A DNA stretch of 64,000 nucleotides from assembly GCA_024704765.1 (NCBI GenBank), contig JAKMXF010000327.1:203360-267359 (forward strand). Reading direction: 5' to 3'. The notes beneath the pieces are model-generated. The model was not told the origin of the DNA, searched no databases, and worked only from the letters and a program-made list of their open reading frames with translations. The stretch is from Oopsacas minuta (taxonomy: Eukaryota > Animalia > Porifera). Within the stretch, counting starts at the first letter, position 1. Every line of letters begins with the position of its first letter. This document shows positions 39,808 through 51,439 of this stretch, piece after piece. The position numbers and the translations under genes are program-made.

Positions 39808-41106
39808 TACAGTCAGTGGCAGATCCGGGAATTGTTGGCAGTGGAGATAATAATCCAGCTGGGGGTCTGGGACGAAGCCCTGGACGATGAGTTCAATTTG
39901 CAACAACATTTGTTGCCTTTCCACTGTTAGGTAAATTCGAAAGTATTTCTCATTATTCCGTAATATACATTTGCACAGTGGTATAAAACGGCATTTGGTA
40001 AGGAATAGGTAAACGTGAGTCCTATCGTTGTATAATGTATTATTTGCATATATATAATCGATACTTACGAGTCGATTGCGAGTATGAATTTTCTTCTAAG
40101 ACGTCAATTTTTCTTGATATTACGTCATTGGCGTGTATAAATATATTCCAAAATATGGGTTGGCAATAAATGATTCAGCAATACACTAAAATCATGTGTA
40201 CACATGTCTACAAATCTATTTATCTATATACAAGTATAGCAACTATGAGGAACAGGTTAAGGAAGCGAATAGAGCATCTACATTAGATGGGTGTTGGATA
40301 TTATCTGGTTTGCTACATTTCGATCTCGATATATGACAAGATTTAGCACATATTTCACGCGTTAAACTTCGCCGAAAGCTTACAGAAATAGGATCGCTCT
40401 GGGAGGCGAATCTCACAAAACACCCATAAAATTAGTCTCGAAACTATTTTTCCTTGCCGAATTCTCCAGATATTTTCGAACAAGTTCGTTAGAAGATTCT
40501 GTACCCTCTTCAGAGCAATCATTCAAGCCGAACCCAGCATTAGACTCTCGAATTAACTTCTCAGAATGGGCTAATATTTTGCGTAATGTTGGTGTGATAA
40601 TTCCCCATTGAAATGAATATAAATCAGAAGATAGGCATTTTTGCACAGATTCCCCAATTTCGGAGAGTGTTAACTTTCCTGCTTGAATTATATACTTTGA
40701 GGATTGTAGAAAGTTGTGTATGGATTTTCGTGAAAGGCTGTTCGATGGTCAATTGCAATGATAGATAATACACATTTGAGGTAGTCAGTTCGCCAAAAAG
40801 GCCCTTCGAGCAACATTAACTGTAGAAGTCGTTCAGCCACTGGGGTCAGGTAGGTCAACTTTCAAACCAGGTTTTCCTGAATATAGGATTGAATAAACTT
40901 CATAATTTCTTTAATAGCTAGAGTTTGTAGACCAACTTAGTGTATTGATATGAAGATGATATACCAAATGATTAAACTATCTAAAAATTGTTCAAAATAG
41001 GAAATATTGAATTCACATTATTTTCATAAAATACATTCACCGAAGAGATGCATGTATAAGAAAGAAATGGAGATACCTGAAGTTATATTGATAGTAGAGA
41101 TAGGTG

Positions 41107-44069
41107 CACAGTGGGCATTTTGGGGGGGTGAAATGGAAATAGGAAAACCATGCAAGATAGAGATATATAATGCATTATTAGCCAATAGGAAATTACCCCT
41201 GAGAAAACGATTTCTGCATAAAAAAAAAATCTAGGTCATCTCATTAAAAAGTTATGACGTCATTGACACCTTTCATATTATCATAAATTATAGTTTTTGA
41301 GCTTAAAATTCAGTTGCTAGAGGCGATAGAAAGCTTATTTTGGATCATAGACACACATTTAAATTGTATCTTGTGCCTCCATCTATTTCAATCATTATTT
41401 ATTAGCAAGTTAATTGTGAGAAAAGAACTTCTTGGTCTGGAGGTTCAGAAGAGTGGGTTTTCTTGCTTACTTTTGTAAATTTTCTATACATATTGAGGAC
41501 AGGATCACTATTACACATCAGTCGTATAAAGATATCTCGAGTATTCAGAGAAAACGACATTTTTCTGGCAAGGTGTTTGCGATACCTTCGGACGAGTTTG
41601 TTTGAAACTTCAACTGCTTCTTCAGAGAAGACTTTAAGTCCATGGCTATTGTTACAAGTTCTAATGAGTTCTGAAGAATGGGCTAGTAATTTATGCAAGG
41701 TTGGACTGATGTTTGCCCAAGGGAACCTGATTACAATGTATTCGTATGTGTCCTTGCAAAGAATATCCAGTCTTTCAGTGTTTATCTCTCGGTCGCTGTT
41801 GTAAATACGCAAACATACTGAAAGGTTAGTGTGGATGACCTTTATATTTTCATGGTATTCTGTTGGTATCAAGGAACAAACCCAGTAAAGAAATTGGTTT
41901 TTGTCCAAGAAACAATTTCGAGCAACATTGCCAGTTGATGTAGTGCCACCATCACTGCTGGGTTGATCAATCTTCATACCAGTCTTTTCCATCAATAAGC
42001 CTGAAACAAACTTCATTGAGTTTTTTATGCCTAAGGATGATGGTGACCACTTCCTTGCACCTGATTGCAGATGATAAACGAGGGTCATAAACCATCTGAA
42101 GATGCACAAATATGAATGTAATGGAGAAGAGCAAATTATATCGATGTCGGAAATAGGTTGGTGAGTCAATCCAAGACGGTCATTGGAACTTAGAGATAGA
42201 AATTCTACTTCATTCACGCTTTGAAACAGTTCTTAGCCGATGTTATTGAACGATTAATAGGAAAACCATCTCGTATAAGTTCGACATCATGCAGTTGTTT
42301 GAAAGTCGCAGTACAGAGTTGGCAGTGAGCACCACCGGCTCCAGATAGAATTCCTGCCATTTTTCCATCGAACATGGTCCTGAGCAATTTTATCCTCACA
42401 AGTCCTTGCGAGAGTAGTATCCCATTTTCTTCCATGTCTGCTACGTAAGGATTAATATAAGTATCCATTAGATGACGTACATTTTCGCTATTTTCTTTGG
42501 CAGCTAGTAAAGTGACGGGCGAATCTGAAATTGTGAGTTGGGCCTTTCGTTTTCCCAAATAAGTTTGTTTGCGCTGTCGTGGATAGCGAGAGGTTTGAAA
42601 GCAAAGAGAATGAAATTTTTGGAACCAATATCTGGTGACTCTTGAATCTGATTATAAACTTGATGGGATCCAGATCCATCCAAGCCATCTGTTGCAGAAA
42701 ATGTCAACGGGAATTCAAATTCAGAATCTGTGGGAAGTGATTCGAGTAGGCGGGAAATTGTCTGTTTGATGATAGAGATGTAAGATATCCCTACTCCCAT
42801 AGGCGCATCAGACACATTGCGGATAAAAATGAATTCCTTCTCCAGAGTAATATCTGCTCGATACTGGGAAATTAGCTCATACTTAGGGAATAGTACATTG
42901 TCTGACTTACAAAGTCTCCTCAATTCAATGTACTTTCACTTACCTATTTCCAGTTGCCCTAGGAGGAACGTAGACTTAGCAATTGAGATGTGTGTCTTTA
43001 TATTGCCTTGAAATGTGCCTTTGCTGACTATTTCCAGACAGAAGGAACTGGTGGAGTAATCTCCTGAAGAAGATGAGACAAATTGCAGAGCCATGGCTGC
43101 CATCGTTTTGCTATCCACGTCCTCACTAGCTGCTAAGCTTTTAATCAGGGCTAAAAGAGGTTCCAGACGTACCCTTTGTCCTTTAATCGTTAATTCTAGG
43201 AGTGGTTTCCTGATAGCCTTTGCATGAACATGATTAGGAGTACAAATATCACCTTCAGACGATAACCGCCTCTTCTCTGCCAATGTTGAATTGTCAAAGA
43301 ATATCATATCATCCCATGTATTTAGGTCGTTTCTTTTACGAAATATCTCTCTATCACCCTTCAACTCAACGAATTTGTATCGGATACAACTATAATATTT
43401 ATCATCAAGTTGCTGACTATCCATAAATACGATTGTTGCATCTCTGACAGATTTACGTGAGGATAGAAAGTCAAAAGCTTCCTTGTTATTCATAATGCTA
43501 ATATTTCATAGGGAAATTTTACATTAAAGTTACACCCATTCAAATGAATGCTTGATAGTTTGGGCGCCCTCCGGCGGGTCTAAACTATTATATTTTTTGA
43601 ATATATTATTATAACCTACATTTTAAGACCAGTGAGAGTTCACGCAACGAAACGCCACAACAAGTTTCAGCATAAAATATCCTGTGGACGCCGAAAAAAA
43701 ATGTCCTAAATAGTCATCGCGTTTTATCTAGTTTTAGAATAGAAAGTTAGAAACCAAACGACATTTCAAGATGTAAATTAGATAATTGAAATATAAATGT
43801 TTCATTATTGTAAAGGAATTCTTTCTTCTTAGTTACAAGTGCTAAAAATATAACTATGAAACTTGATCGATTTTGATATACCACACAACAGAAATTCCAA
43901 TTACAAGAAGCCGCAAATATTCATCACCATAACAACCAATTTACTTGTTGAATCAGAATGAAATTACTAATTTCTAGGTTTGAAAGGATTGTGAATTCAA
44001 TAATAATAAGGAAATACAATTCTGAGGGGGTAAAAATTTCATGCTATTTCCAGCAAAAAGCCCACTGTG
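41107..44069 (-). mobile_element. RAG1-core-like (Transib/RAGL) transposon with RSS-heptamer TIRs, 2963 bp
   Basis: Ends CACAGTGGGCATTTTG (41107) and CAAAAAGCCCACTGTG (44069), 15/16 inverted match; perfect 5-bp TSD AGGTG (41102-41106, 44070-44074). Confidence 0.95.
41402..43493 (-). pseudogene. RAG1-like transposase (~697 aa when repaired)
   Basis: NBD-like RKPLLELTIKGQRVRL; GLDGSG (Asp ~42680), MFDGKM (Asp ~42369), HCQLC, SPLHS, TLHKLLAH, SEEAVEVSNKLVRRYRKHLARK (Glu ~41611); in-frame TGA at 42936-38 and 1-bp deletions near 42518 and 42235. Confidence 0.92.
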
Positions 44070-44588
44070 AGGTGTATAAGTTAAAACATTGTTTGAAGGA
44101 AATGCAAAGAATGAATAATATCATCAATATCTAAGAATAACTGAGCAGCATCAGTAAGTTTTCTGTTAATAGAGAATCCATCAGTTATCAATTCTCTGTC
44201 CTTCAAGTCTTTATGTGTGGCTGTATACAATATGCAACTTGCGCCTCCAGCACCAGAAAGAATAGCTGACATCTTCCAGTCAAATATAGATCGTACGATA
44301 TCAACAATAACTAAACCACCTTCTATAGATATACATTCCCCATGCTCATATATTTCTGGATTGATAATATCAACCATGAATGTACGAATAATTGCTTCGA
44401 GTTCCTTCGCAGCACATAGAAAGATAGGTCTCTGCGAGAATGGAGAATTTGGAGGATTATTCTCCCAACAACTCTGCCTGATGTTGTATGTATAGAGAGA
44501 GGTTTAAAATAGAACAAAATGAAATTCTTCGTGCTTGTGTTAGTGTGTTGCTGGTTAGAGATACCATGACAACCAGAACCATCTAGAC

Positions 44589-44643
44589 CAGTGATGGAAC
44601 CGGTCGGGTTGGGTCATGAAAAAGCTGACCGGTTCCATCTCTG
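44589..44643. mobile_element. Minimal 55-bp hAT MITE
   Basis: 17-bp TIRs CAG(T/A)GATGGAACCGGTC; perfect 8-bp TSD ATCTAGAC (44581-44588, 44644-44651). Confidence 0.9.
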
Positions 44644-46097
44644 ATCTAGACCATCTGCTATCCTAAAGGTCAGTTGGAAATCTTCACTGAGGGAGATCTA
44701 CAGTAGATAGTATCCTGTCCAAGATTTACTGGATTTGAAGGGAATATGAAGCATATACACCTGTTGTCTTCACTGGATCTGGATATAAATATAATGAAGG
44801 TCGCGAAATTGCCAGATCGAGTAGATATGCAACCTTGCTATAAGATGGAAGGATGATATTGTCTCCCAGTAATGTTTGACGAAGCTGTGTATACTTTCTT
44901 CTACCCCCATCGAGTAGATCAAGCAGGAACAGAGCTTTATCAACTGGAACCAGTTGAGCAGTATAATAACTGAACCTACCGCTTACTATTTCTTTAGCAA
45001 ACTTTGCAACCAGACGGTTATCTTCCTCATTGGCTATTTGTTACAATAATAGTGCGGCAATCTCCATAGGCGTTGTGTTATCGGTTATCGCAGTATCCTT
45101 TACTTATTCCAAAATGTGTGATAACCAGGACAGTTGTTGTTTAAGGGAAATCATTAACAATGGCTTCCTAGGATGAAAATCTGATGATCCAAATGAAGAC
45201 CGAAGACAAAATTTCTTAGGTCTTGGTTCCCAAGGAATTTCTGAAGTCCACCACTCATATATTTGTTGATCTGTTGATTTTTTGGATTTATCAGATTAAT
45301 CCTACAATTTCACATACGAAGAAACTGACTCTCTCAAATCTTCTTCAATATTTAAGACATAAACAACTTCATCTACTGTATCGTGAAGTTTATGTCCTTC
45401 ACTTTCAGAATATTAGCTAAATCATGGCGGTTTCGTGGAATTTTACCATCTGCTATTGATAAATCTGCGATAAATGAATATTATTCATAAATTAATGTAT
45501 CAACATTTGTGTTTAAATATCTAACTACTTTTGAACCAATACAGTTATCATAATGAAGCGATCAGGTACATCAGTAATCATAACAAATAACATAGTTAAC
45601 TGGTTGCCTAGCAACGGAAATATAGAATGGAATTCAGACATAAAATTAAGTTGCGGATTCAAGCGCATTACGATAGTTTAGCATGTCAAATATATACATA
45701 ATTGAATAACTCTTGAAAGTTTTAAGTTACCTGATGCTATATATATATTTTGCGGCCTTTTTTAATTTAGGAAATAACCGAATTTTGAAAATCTTTTGTG
45801 GAAATGCGAAAGGATAAATCTGGAAAGTTGGAATTATTTTCTATGTATTTAAAACGTTTAAATTGAATGAGGAAATGTAATACTTAAGCTGTGGCAGAAG
45901 AAATAACAAAATTCAAGAAATATATCTAAAGCAGCCAGAATTACAGGGCGCCATTAAATGCTGTTACATATTTTGGATCGATAATGTAAGCTATATACAT
46001 ATTGAACCATCTTTCTCAGGCATCAACTTTGATGCGTCCTATTATTCTTATTTAATATGAATATTAGCTCTTTGTAAACTGAATCTAAATTTATATA

Positions 46098-47370
46098 CTA
46101 GGGCAGTCCAAAGAGCTTTTAGATCTCTATGAAGGAATAGTAGGAAATGGATTAGTATTTATAGTTTCTCGAAGCATATACCAGATGACTGTATACATAA
46201 ATCCATCCTTCTAAACCAACTTTCAAAACAAATTTCCCAGTCTTCTTTGGTTAGGTATTGGAGGGACTCATTAGAAGCTAGTTTGCCTCTTCTGCACTAT
46301 TGAAATGAACCTATTTGATCTTCTTTTTTAGTTTAGGGAAAAGAAAGAAGTCGCACAGAGCCAAATCTGGGGAATATGCTGGATGGGGCATCAATTTTAT
46401 ACCATTTTCTGCAAAGAAATCCATTGTCAAAGCTGCCTTGAGTGCACTTGCATTGTCATGGTGCCATTGAAGTGAGGTGAGGTAGGCTTTAGGATGTAAA
46501 ACGATCCACTTTTCTATCACCTGAGACATGCAAATGTTGACATACCAACTCGCAGTCAGTCTTTTGCTCAATAAGGGGAACAGTAGGAACATGTCCCTTT
46601 TGAGAGATGAAACTGGCGACACCTTCCTTGTGGCCACTTCGTGCACGTCTCAATTTTTGAGGGGGATCATCATCTGGAAAAAGCCAAACTGAGGTTTGTT
46701 GCTTGGTCTCTGGGTCATATTGGTAAATCCAAGCCTCATCTCCCGTAATTAATGTATTCAATAGCTTTGAACGACCATGATCGAATTTTCTGATCATAAA
46801 TTTGCACCAATCCACTCGAGTTGTAATTTGTCCTTCAGAAATTTTAAGTGGAATCCAACGTGCAGCCACTTTCCTCACCAAGAGATGTTCATGGAGTATG
46901 GCATGGAGGCTTCCTCTGCTGATGTCTAAATGACTCATTATTCCATATATCATGATTCGACGCTCATCTTTGATTATTTTCTTGACTTTCTGGATATTTT
47001 CTGGGTTAACCGCATCTGCAGGACGTCCTGATCGCATCTCATCACTTAAAGTCTCTCGTCCACGGTTAAATTCACCGTACCAGTTGTACACAGTTGCCTA
47101 CGATGGTAATCTTTCTCCAAATGTGTCCTGAAGTTGAATATGTGATTCTTTAGGACTAAGTTTTCTCATAGAGTCATAAAAATCATTGCGCAAAAATCCC
47201 TCCTTCCCAAATGTAAATCCTTGAGAAATAATTCGGTACGAATTCAAAATTAGAGCCAAGTGCTGACTATATAAGTAGCTGTCAAAAAAGTGATAACAGA
47301 TATAAAATGTATTGGTTTGCAAGAAATGAAGTCACAGCATTCATTCTAAAAACTTTTTGGACTACACTCG
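46098..47370 (-). mobile_element. Full-length mariner (DD34D), 1273 bp, frameshifted
   Basis: Degenerate 25-bp TIRs, TA TSD; RSGRP, ARWIP, TGDEAWIYQYDPE, HHDNASA and HPAYSPDLALCDFFLFP motifs. Confidence 0.9.
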
Positions 47371-47399
47371 TATTTCACATGAATGATATAAGGAAAAAT

Positions 47400-48523
47400 T
47401 GTTCTGTTTCACATATCAGGAAAGGGTCCAAACGAAATCGTGAGAATTATGAAAAAGGATAAAATCAATAGGATGATGGCATATGGACGATAAAACGTTA
47501 GAAGGAAACTTGTAGCGTCAGGGATAAGCCTCGGCCTGGCAGACCCACTTCAGTAAGAACGAAAAATCTCTTGAATGTGATCCGATGTCGAATCTGCCTA
47601 AATTTGCATCGTACTATCAGAAAGATGACTCGTGATCTGAAGGTTGGTAGAGAATCTCTTCGTAAACTTGTACGCAACGACCTGGAGCTTAAAGCACTTA
47701 AAAGACGCATAGTATACCATCTTACACCAGTTATTCGAGAGAAAAGGCTCAATAAATGCAAGGGCCTTTTACGGCCACTCGGACGAATCCCCATGACAAA
47801 ATTCTCTTCTCTGACGAGAAGCTGTTCACAATAGAAGAGTCATCTAACCGCCAAAATGACAGGATATCAACGTCTTCATCTAAAAGTATCTCTAGCCATG
47901 TAAGATTCATTAATAGAATCCAGCTTCCACTTTCTATTATGATAAGGGCTGGTGTCTCTGCGGATTCAAGGACAAACTTGGAATTTATCCCACGAGGAGT
48001 CAGAATAAATACAGAAACCTATAACGAACTGATTCTTGAAGCTAAATTAAAGATTCTGGACAGAAGTTCTTTAATAATGGGCCTGGTTATTTGAACAGGA
48101 CTCGGCACCGGCTCATACATCTAAAGGGACAAAATCGTGGTTACAAGGTCAAAATATAGACTTTCTGACTAAGGAAGAATGGCCCCCGTATGGCCGAGAT
48201 CTCAACCCTCCAGACTTTTCTGTATGGAGGAATTTGTAGGCTAGGGCTTGTCCAAAACCCCATAAAAATTTGGAAATTCTAAAAGCTTCATTAATTACAG
48301 AATAGCTAAAGATTCCCAAGGAAGACTTGCGAAACAACTATATTCCAATTCAGGGATCGTATCCGGAGGGTTGTTAAAGTTAAGGGAGGACATATTGAAG
48401 AAGAATTTGTCCAGATAATTAGTCATATTTATCATAAACCTCCGTAAAGTCTAATTTCGAAATAGTAAATAGTTTTGGAGTTATTCAAATTTGGCTATGT
48501 AACACTATTTACTGGTCACCGTG
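47400..48523 (+). mobile_element. 5'-truncated maT (DD37D) element
   Basis: FSDEKLFTIEE, EQDSAPAH..WPPYGRDLNPPDFSVW; right end CTATTTACTGGTCACCGTG + TA; no left TIR found. Confidence 0.8.
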
Positions 48524-50319
48524 TAATTGATGAATTTTATCAAACTGCAATTATACATTTTCGTTATGTAAATTCCATAGACTTGGACAAGCCAGCGTAT
48601 GCACTGTAGGCATCCAATCACATATATTTTGGATTGCATGGCAAGTAAGTAATGGTTAACATATTCGAAGTTCAAAAACACAATTCCATGACTTGCTTCA
48701 TTGTGTACATCAATATATTGGATTCATTGAAAAGGAAAATTCAAATAAATCAGCTAAATTTAAGTTTTGTTTCAACTTGAGCATACTCATAAGCAAATTA
48801 TGTGTTGTCATATTCAATATACTTGAACAGACTCACCGTCACAGTTCACGCAGCTTTCTTCCGTATATAAATACTATGTATTTACCTGAGATTAAGGTAA
48901 TATAAGGTAATAGGATATTTAGGGTAAGATGCCAGCGAAGAGAAACAAACATTTATGATTTGCAATTTGAGCCAATATTTCAGTGGGTAACATGAAATTC
49001 CAAAAACAGCATGATTCCATATCATGTAAATTTATCCAGGTGGGGGAATATATACACCCTATCCCCCTGGAAACGCCACTGTAACACTAAATCGTCATCT
49101 CAACGTTTGAAGTTGGCTGAATATTCGATCAGCTGCACTTAGACCATGAATTTGACTAACTTCTTATGGTTAGAATCTATTTTTTTAGACCATTCGAAAG
49201 AAGAGAAACGAAATTTGTGAAAATGAATATATTTTAAAGAAATAATATTTTTGTAGTAGAAATTGGTGCATCTAACTACAAAATTCACATATGAATATAG
49301 TATACTTAAATACGACGACTATATAGAATATTGGAAAGCATAATATATGGACCGCGTAAAAGTCCCAGAGTATACTCACGTCACCCCCTGCGTTGGTCAA
49401 TTCTTGTACACAGTATAAATGGTTATGTTGGTACCCTCAGAACTCCGGATTCATAATCTTTCTGAACAATATTGGCACATTTATGAAGAACATACCAGAT
49501 AAATTAAATATTAATTTGTAAAAAAACTGACGTAAAAAACTACGAATCTTGCAAAAATCAGAATTCTGGCCCAATCAAGGTTTACTTTAGATGCTATAGT
49601 AGCATAATAGTGAGCCAAAGATACTTAATCATACTACTTACTTTCTATATAGTGACTATAAGCCTACAATATAGAAAGAAATCAAAAACGCTGTTATATA
49701 TTAAACTCTTATAATTACATATACTGGGAATGGAATGCATACTATAAAATGACCCTTGACTCAAAATAAGCAGCGTTTTGGCATGCTCAGATAATAAATT
49801 ATTATTTTTGTCATATTATGTGCCATAAAATGAAAAAGAATACTCAATTTAGAACACCGTTAATTCTACATTACTCGAATCTTGGCTAGTTGAAGAGAAC
49901 TAGAAAGATATGAAAAATAAATTAAAATTTTACAAATTCAATATTTTATACAAAGTGATAAAATACAATGGGTATAGTTTAAATATAGAAGGATTTGTAT
50001 TTATTTAACATGATGATGATGTTAACCATTTCCTATTTTGAGATACATTCAAATACTGCAAGAAATTATAAAGTCATATGTATTATGTAGATGTGACATT
50101 TCGACATCATCGAAATTTATAGAATAAGATAAGCCAATTCAAGTTCTTGCATTGCATAATCTATCATATTCAAATTAAACTATCGCCAAATCCAAACTTT
50201 GGGTAATGTAATTGTGATGGCAATTGTAACTATAATATATTACATTAAGAGTAATTAAACATCTGCTTCTACCTCATAATGTGAAATTAAGAACCTATGT
50301 TCACTATTATTCCAATGGA

Positions 50320-50790
50320 GTGTATCTCAAAGTTGGCAGTAGAACCCCCGAGGGTTGCTGTAAGGTTGTTGGGGCGGCCATGCAGCAAGGGGCGCTGGGG
50401 GGCGTTAAGGTTTTAGAAAGCTAAAGAGGGTACAAATTCAAGTCATAACAGCAATACAATATTCCTAAATATAAAATAACAAGAGGTGATAACAAACACT
50501 AAGAAGATCCGAGTCAATAACTGTGATAGCTACTATTGAAAAGTTCATAATTTATTACAACCTATTCAACAGGTATCGAGAGCATTTGGGTCACCTGCAG
50601 AACTCATTTCATATAGTAATTAATGTAACCACCAAAATCAAAGCTTCGGAACGCAAGGAAAGAAATATTCACCAGTTTTGTTACAAAACACTTGAAAGTA
50701 ACCGTTTGCACAAGGAAGTGAGATGGCTCTCAGAGGGAAAGTGTCTCAGTCTGTTTCACAGGATGTTAAGAAATTGTATTCCTCTAATAT
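50320..50790 (+). pseudogene. Buster-type hAT fragment
   Basis: LHKEVRWLSEGKCL resembles the Buster LHTEVRWLSRGKVL motif; hAT-like left end near 50320. Confidence 0.6.
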
Positions 50791-50799
50791 AATCGAGAA

Positions 50800-51430
50800 T
50801 TTCTAAGCAACAGATTTAAACAAACACTCTATTAACTTACCAATGTACCCTCTCTTTAACTGAATACCTTTACTAATACGATTTGTCATGCTGGCAATGA
50901 GTTTGTCTAAAGGTTCAGGAGCTATCTCTCTCCAAGCTTGAATCAGCTGTTTCTGGAGTATTTTTAGATTTGTTGGGCTTTCCATTGATCCTAAGCCTTG
51001 TTTGTAAAATTACCCAGAGATTTTCGATTGGGCTTAGATCAGGCGAATTGGCAGGCTAAATGCCCTTCTCCCAGAATTCGCATACATTATTTTGAGCCAT
51101 TCATGACATATTTTGAGGTGTGGGCTGGCGCCCCATCTTGCTGGAAAATCGCCTCAGACATGTCGGACAATATCTTTTTCTCTAAAACATTCCCTGTAAC
51201 TCTCTTCCAATGCATTGCAGAGGTTAGTGTTTCCTTCAAATCTTCTTTATGAAATATTCAGTTGTAACAGTTAAGTTGGAGGTATGATATGGAGTTCTGA
51301 TAAAGCTCGATAGGACATAACCCCCACACTTGAAATTTTACACTCTCAGAATGCGGGGCTTTATCTCTACAATCTGACCAAAATCGAACATTCTGGAGGT
51401 TAGGAGGATGAAATAATTCGAAGGGTGATC
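50800..51430 (-). pseudogene. Tc1-like (DDxE) transposase fragment
   Basis: FQQDGAPAHTSK and ANSPDLSPIENLW motifs; frameshifted. Confidence 0.75.
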
Positions 51431-51439
51431 ACAGTTTTC

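Larger units (their letters stand above)
39974..45420 (-). mobile_element. Older, decayed RAG1-like/Transib element hosting the younger element and a 55-bp MITE
   Basis: Coding remnants ~45400-44075 and 41101-40243: RKPLLMISLKQQ, KALFLLDLLDGGRRKYTQLR, GLDGSGCH, SIFDWKMSAILSGAGGASCIL, ITPTLRKILAH, SEEGTESSNELVRK; CACAGTG at 39974-39980 as the probable 3' terminus; 5' terminus not found. Confidence 0.85.

Noticed and set aside
42936-42938. Alternative genetic code (TGA read-through) explaining in-frame TGA stops in transposases
   Set aside because: The homologous residues are Arg or Ser rather than Trp, the genes also carry frameshifts, and TNPO1 translates cleanly with the standard code.
41107-44069. 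RAG2-like (kelch/PHD) partner gene within or next to the RAG1-like element
   Set aside because: Only ~295 bp and ~575 bp lie between the ORF and the TIRs, and no kelch-like ORF is visible in the flanks.
45420-46097. 5' terminus of the older RAG1-like element
   Set aside because: No CACTGTG or matching ATTTG flank was found; the end is probably deleted or displaced.
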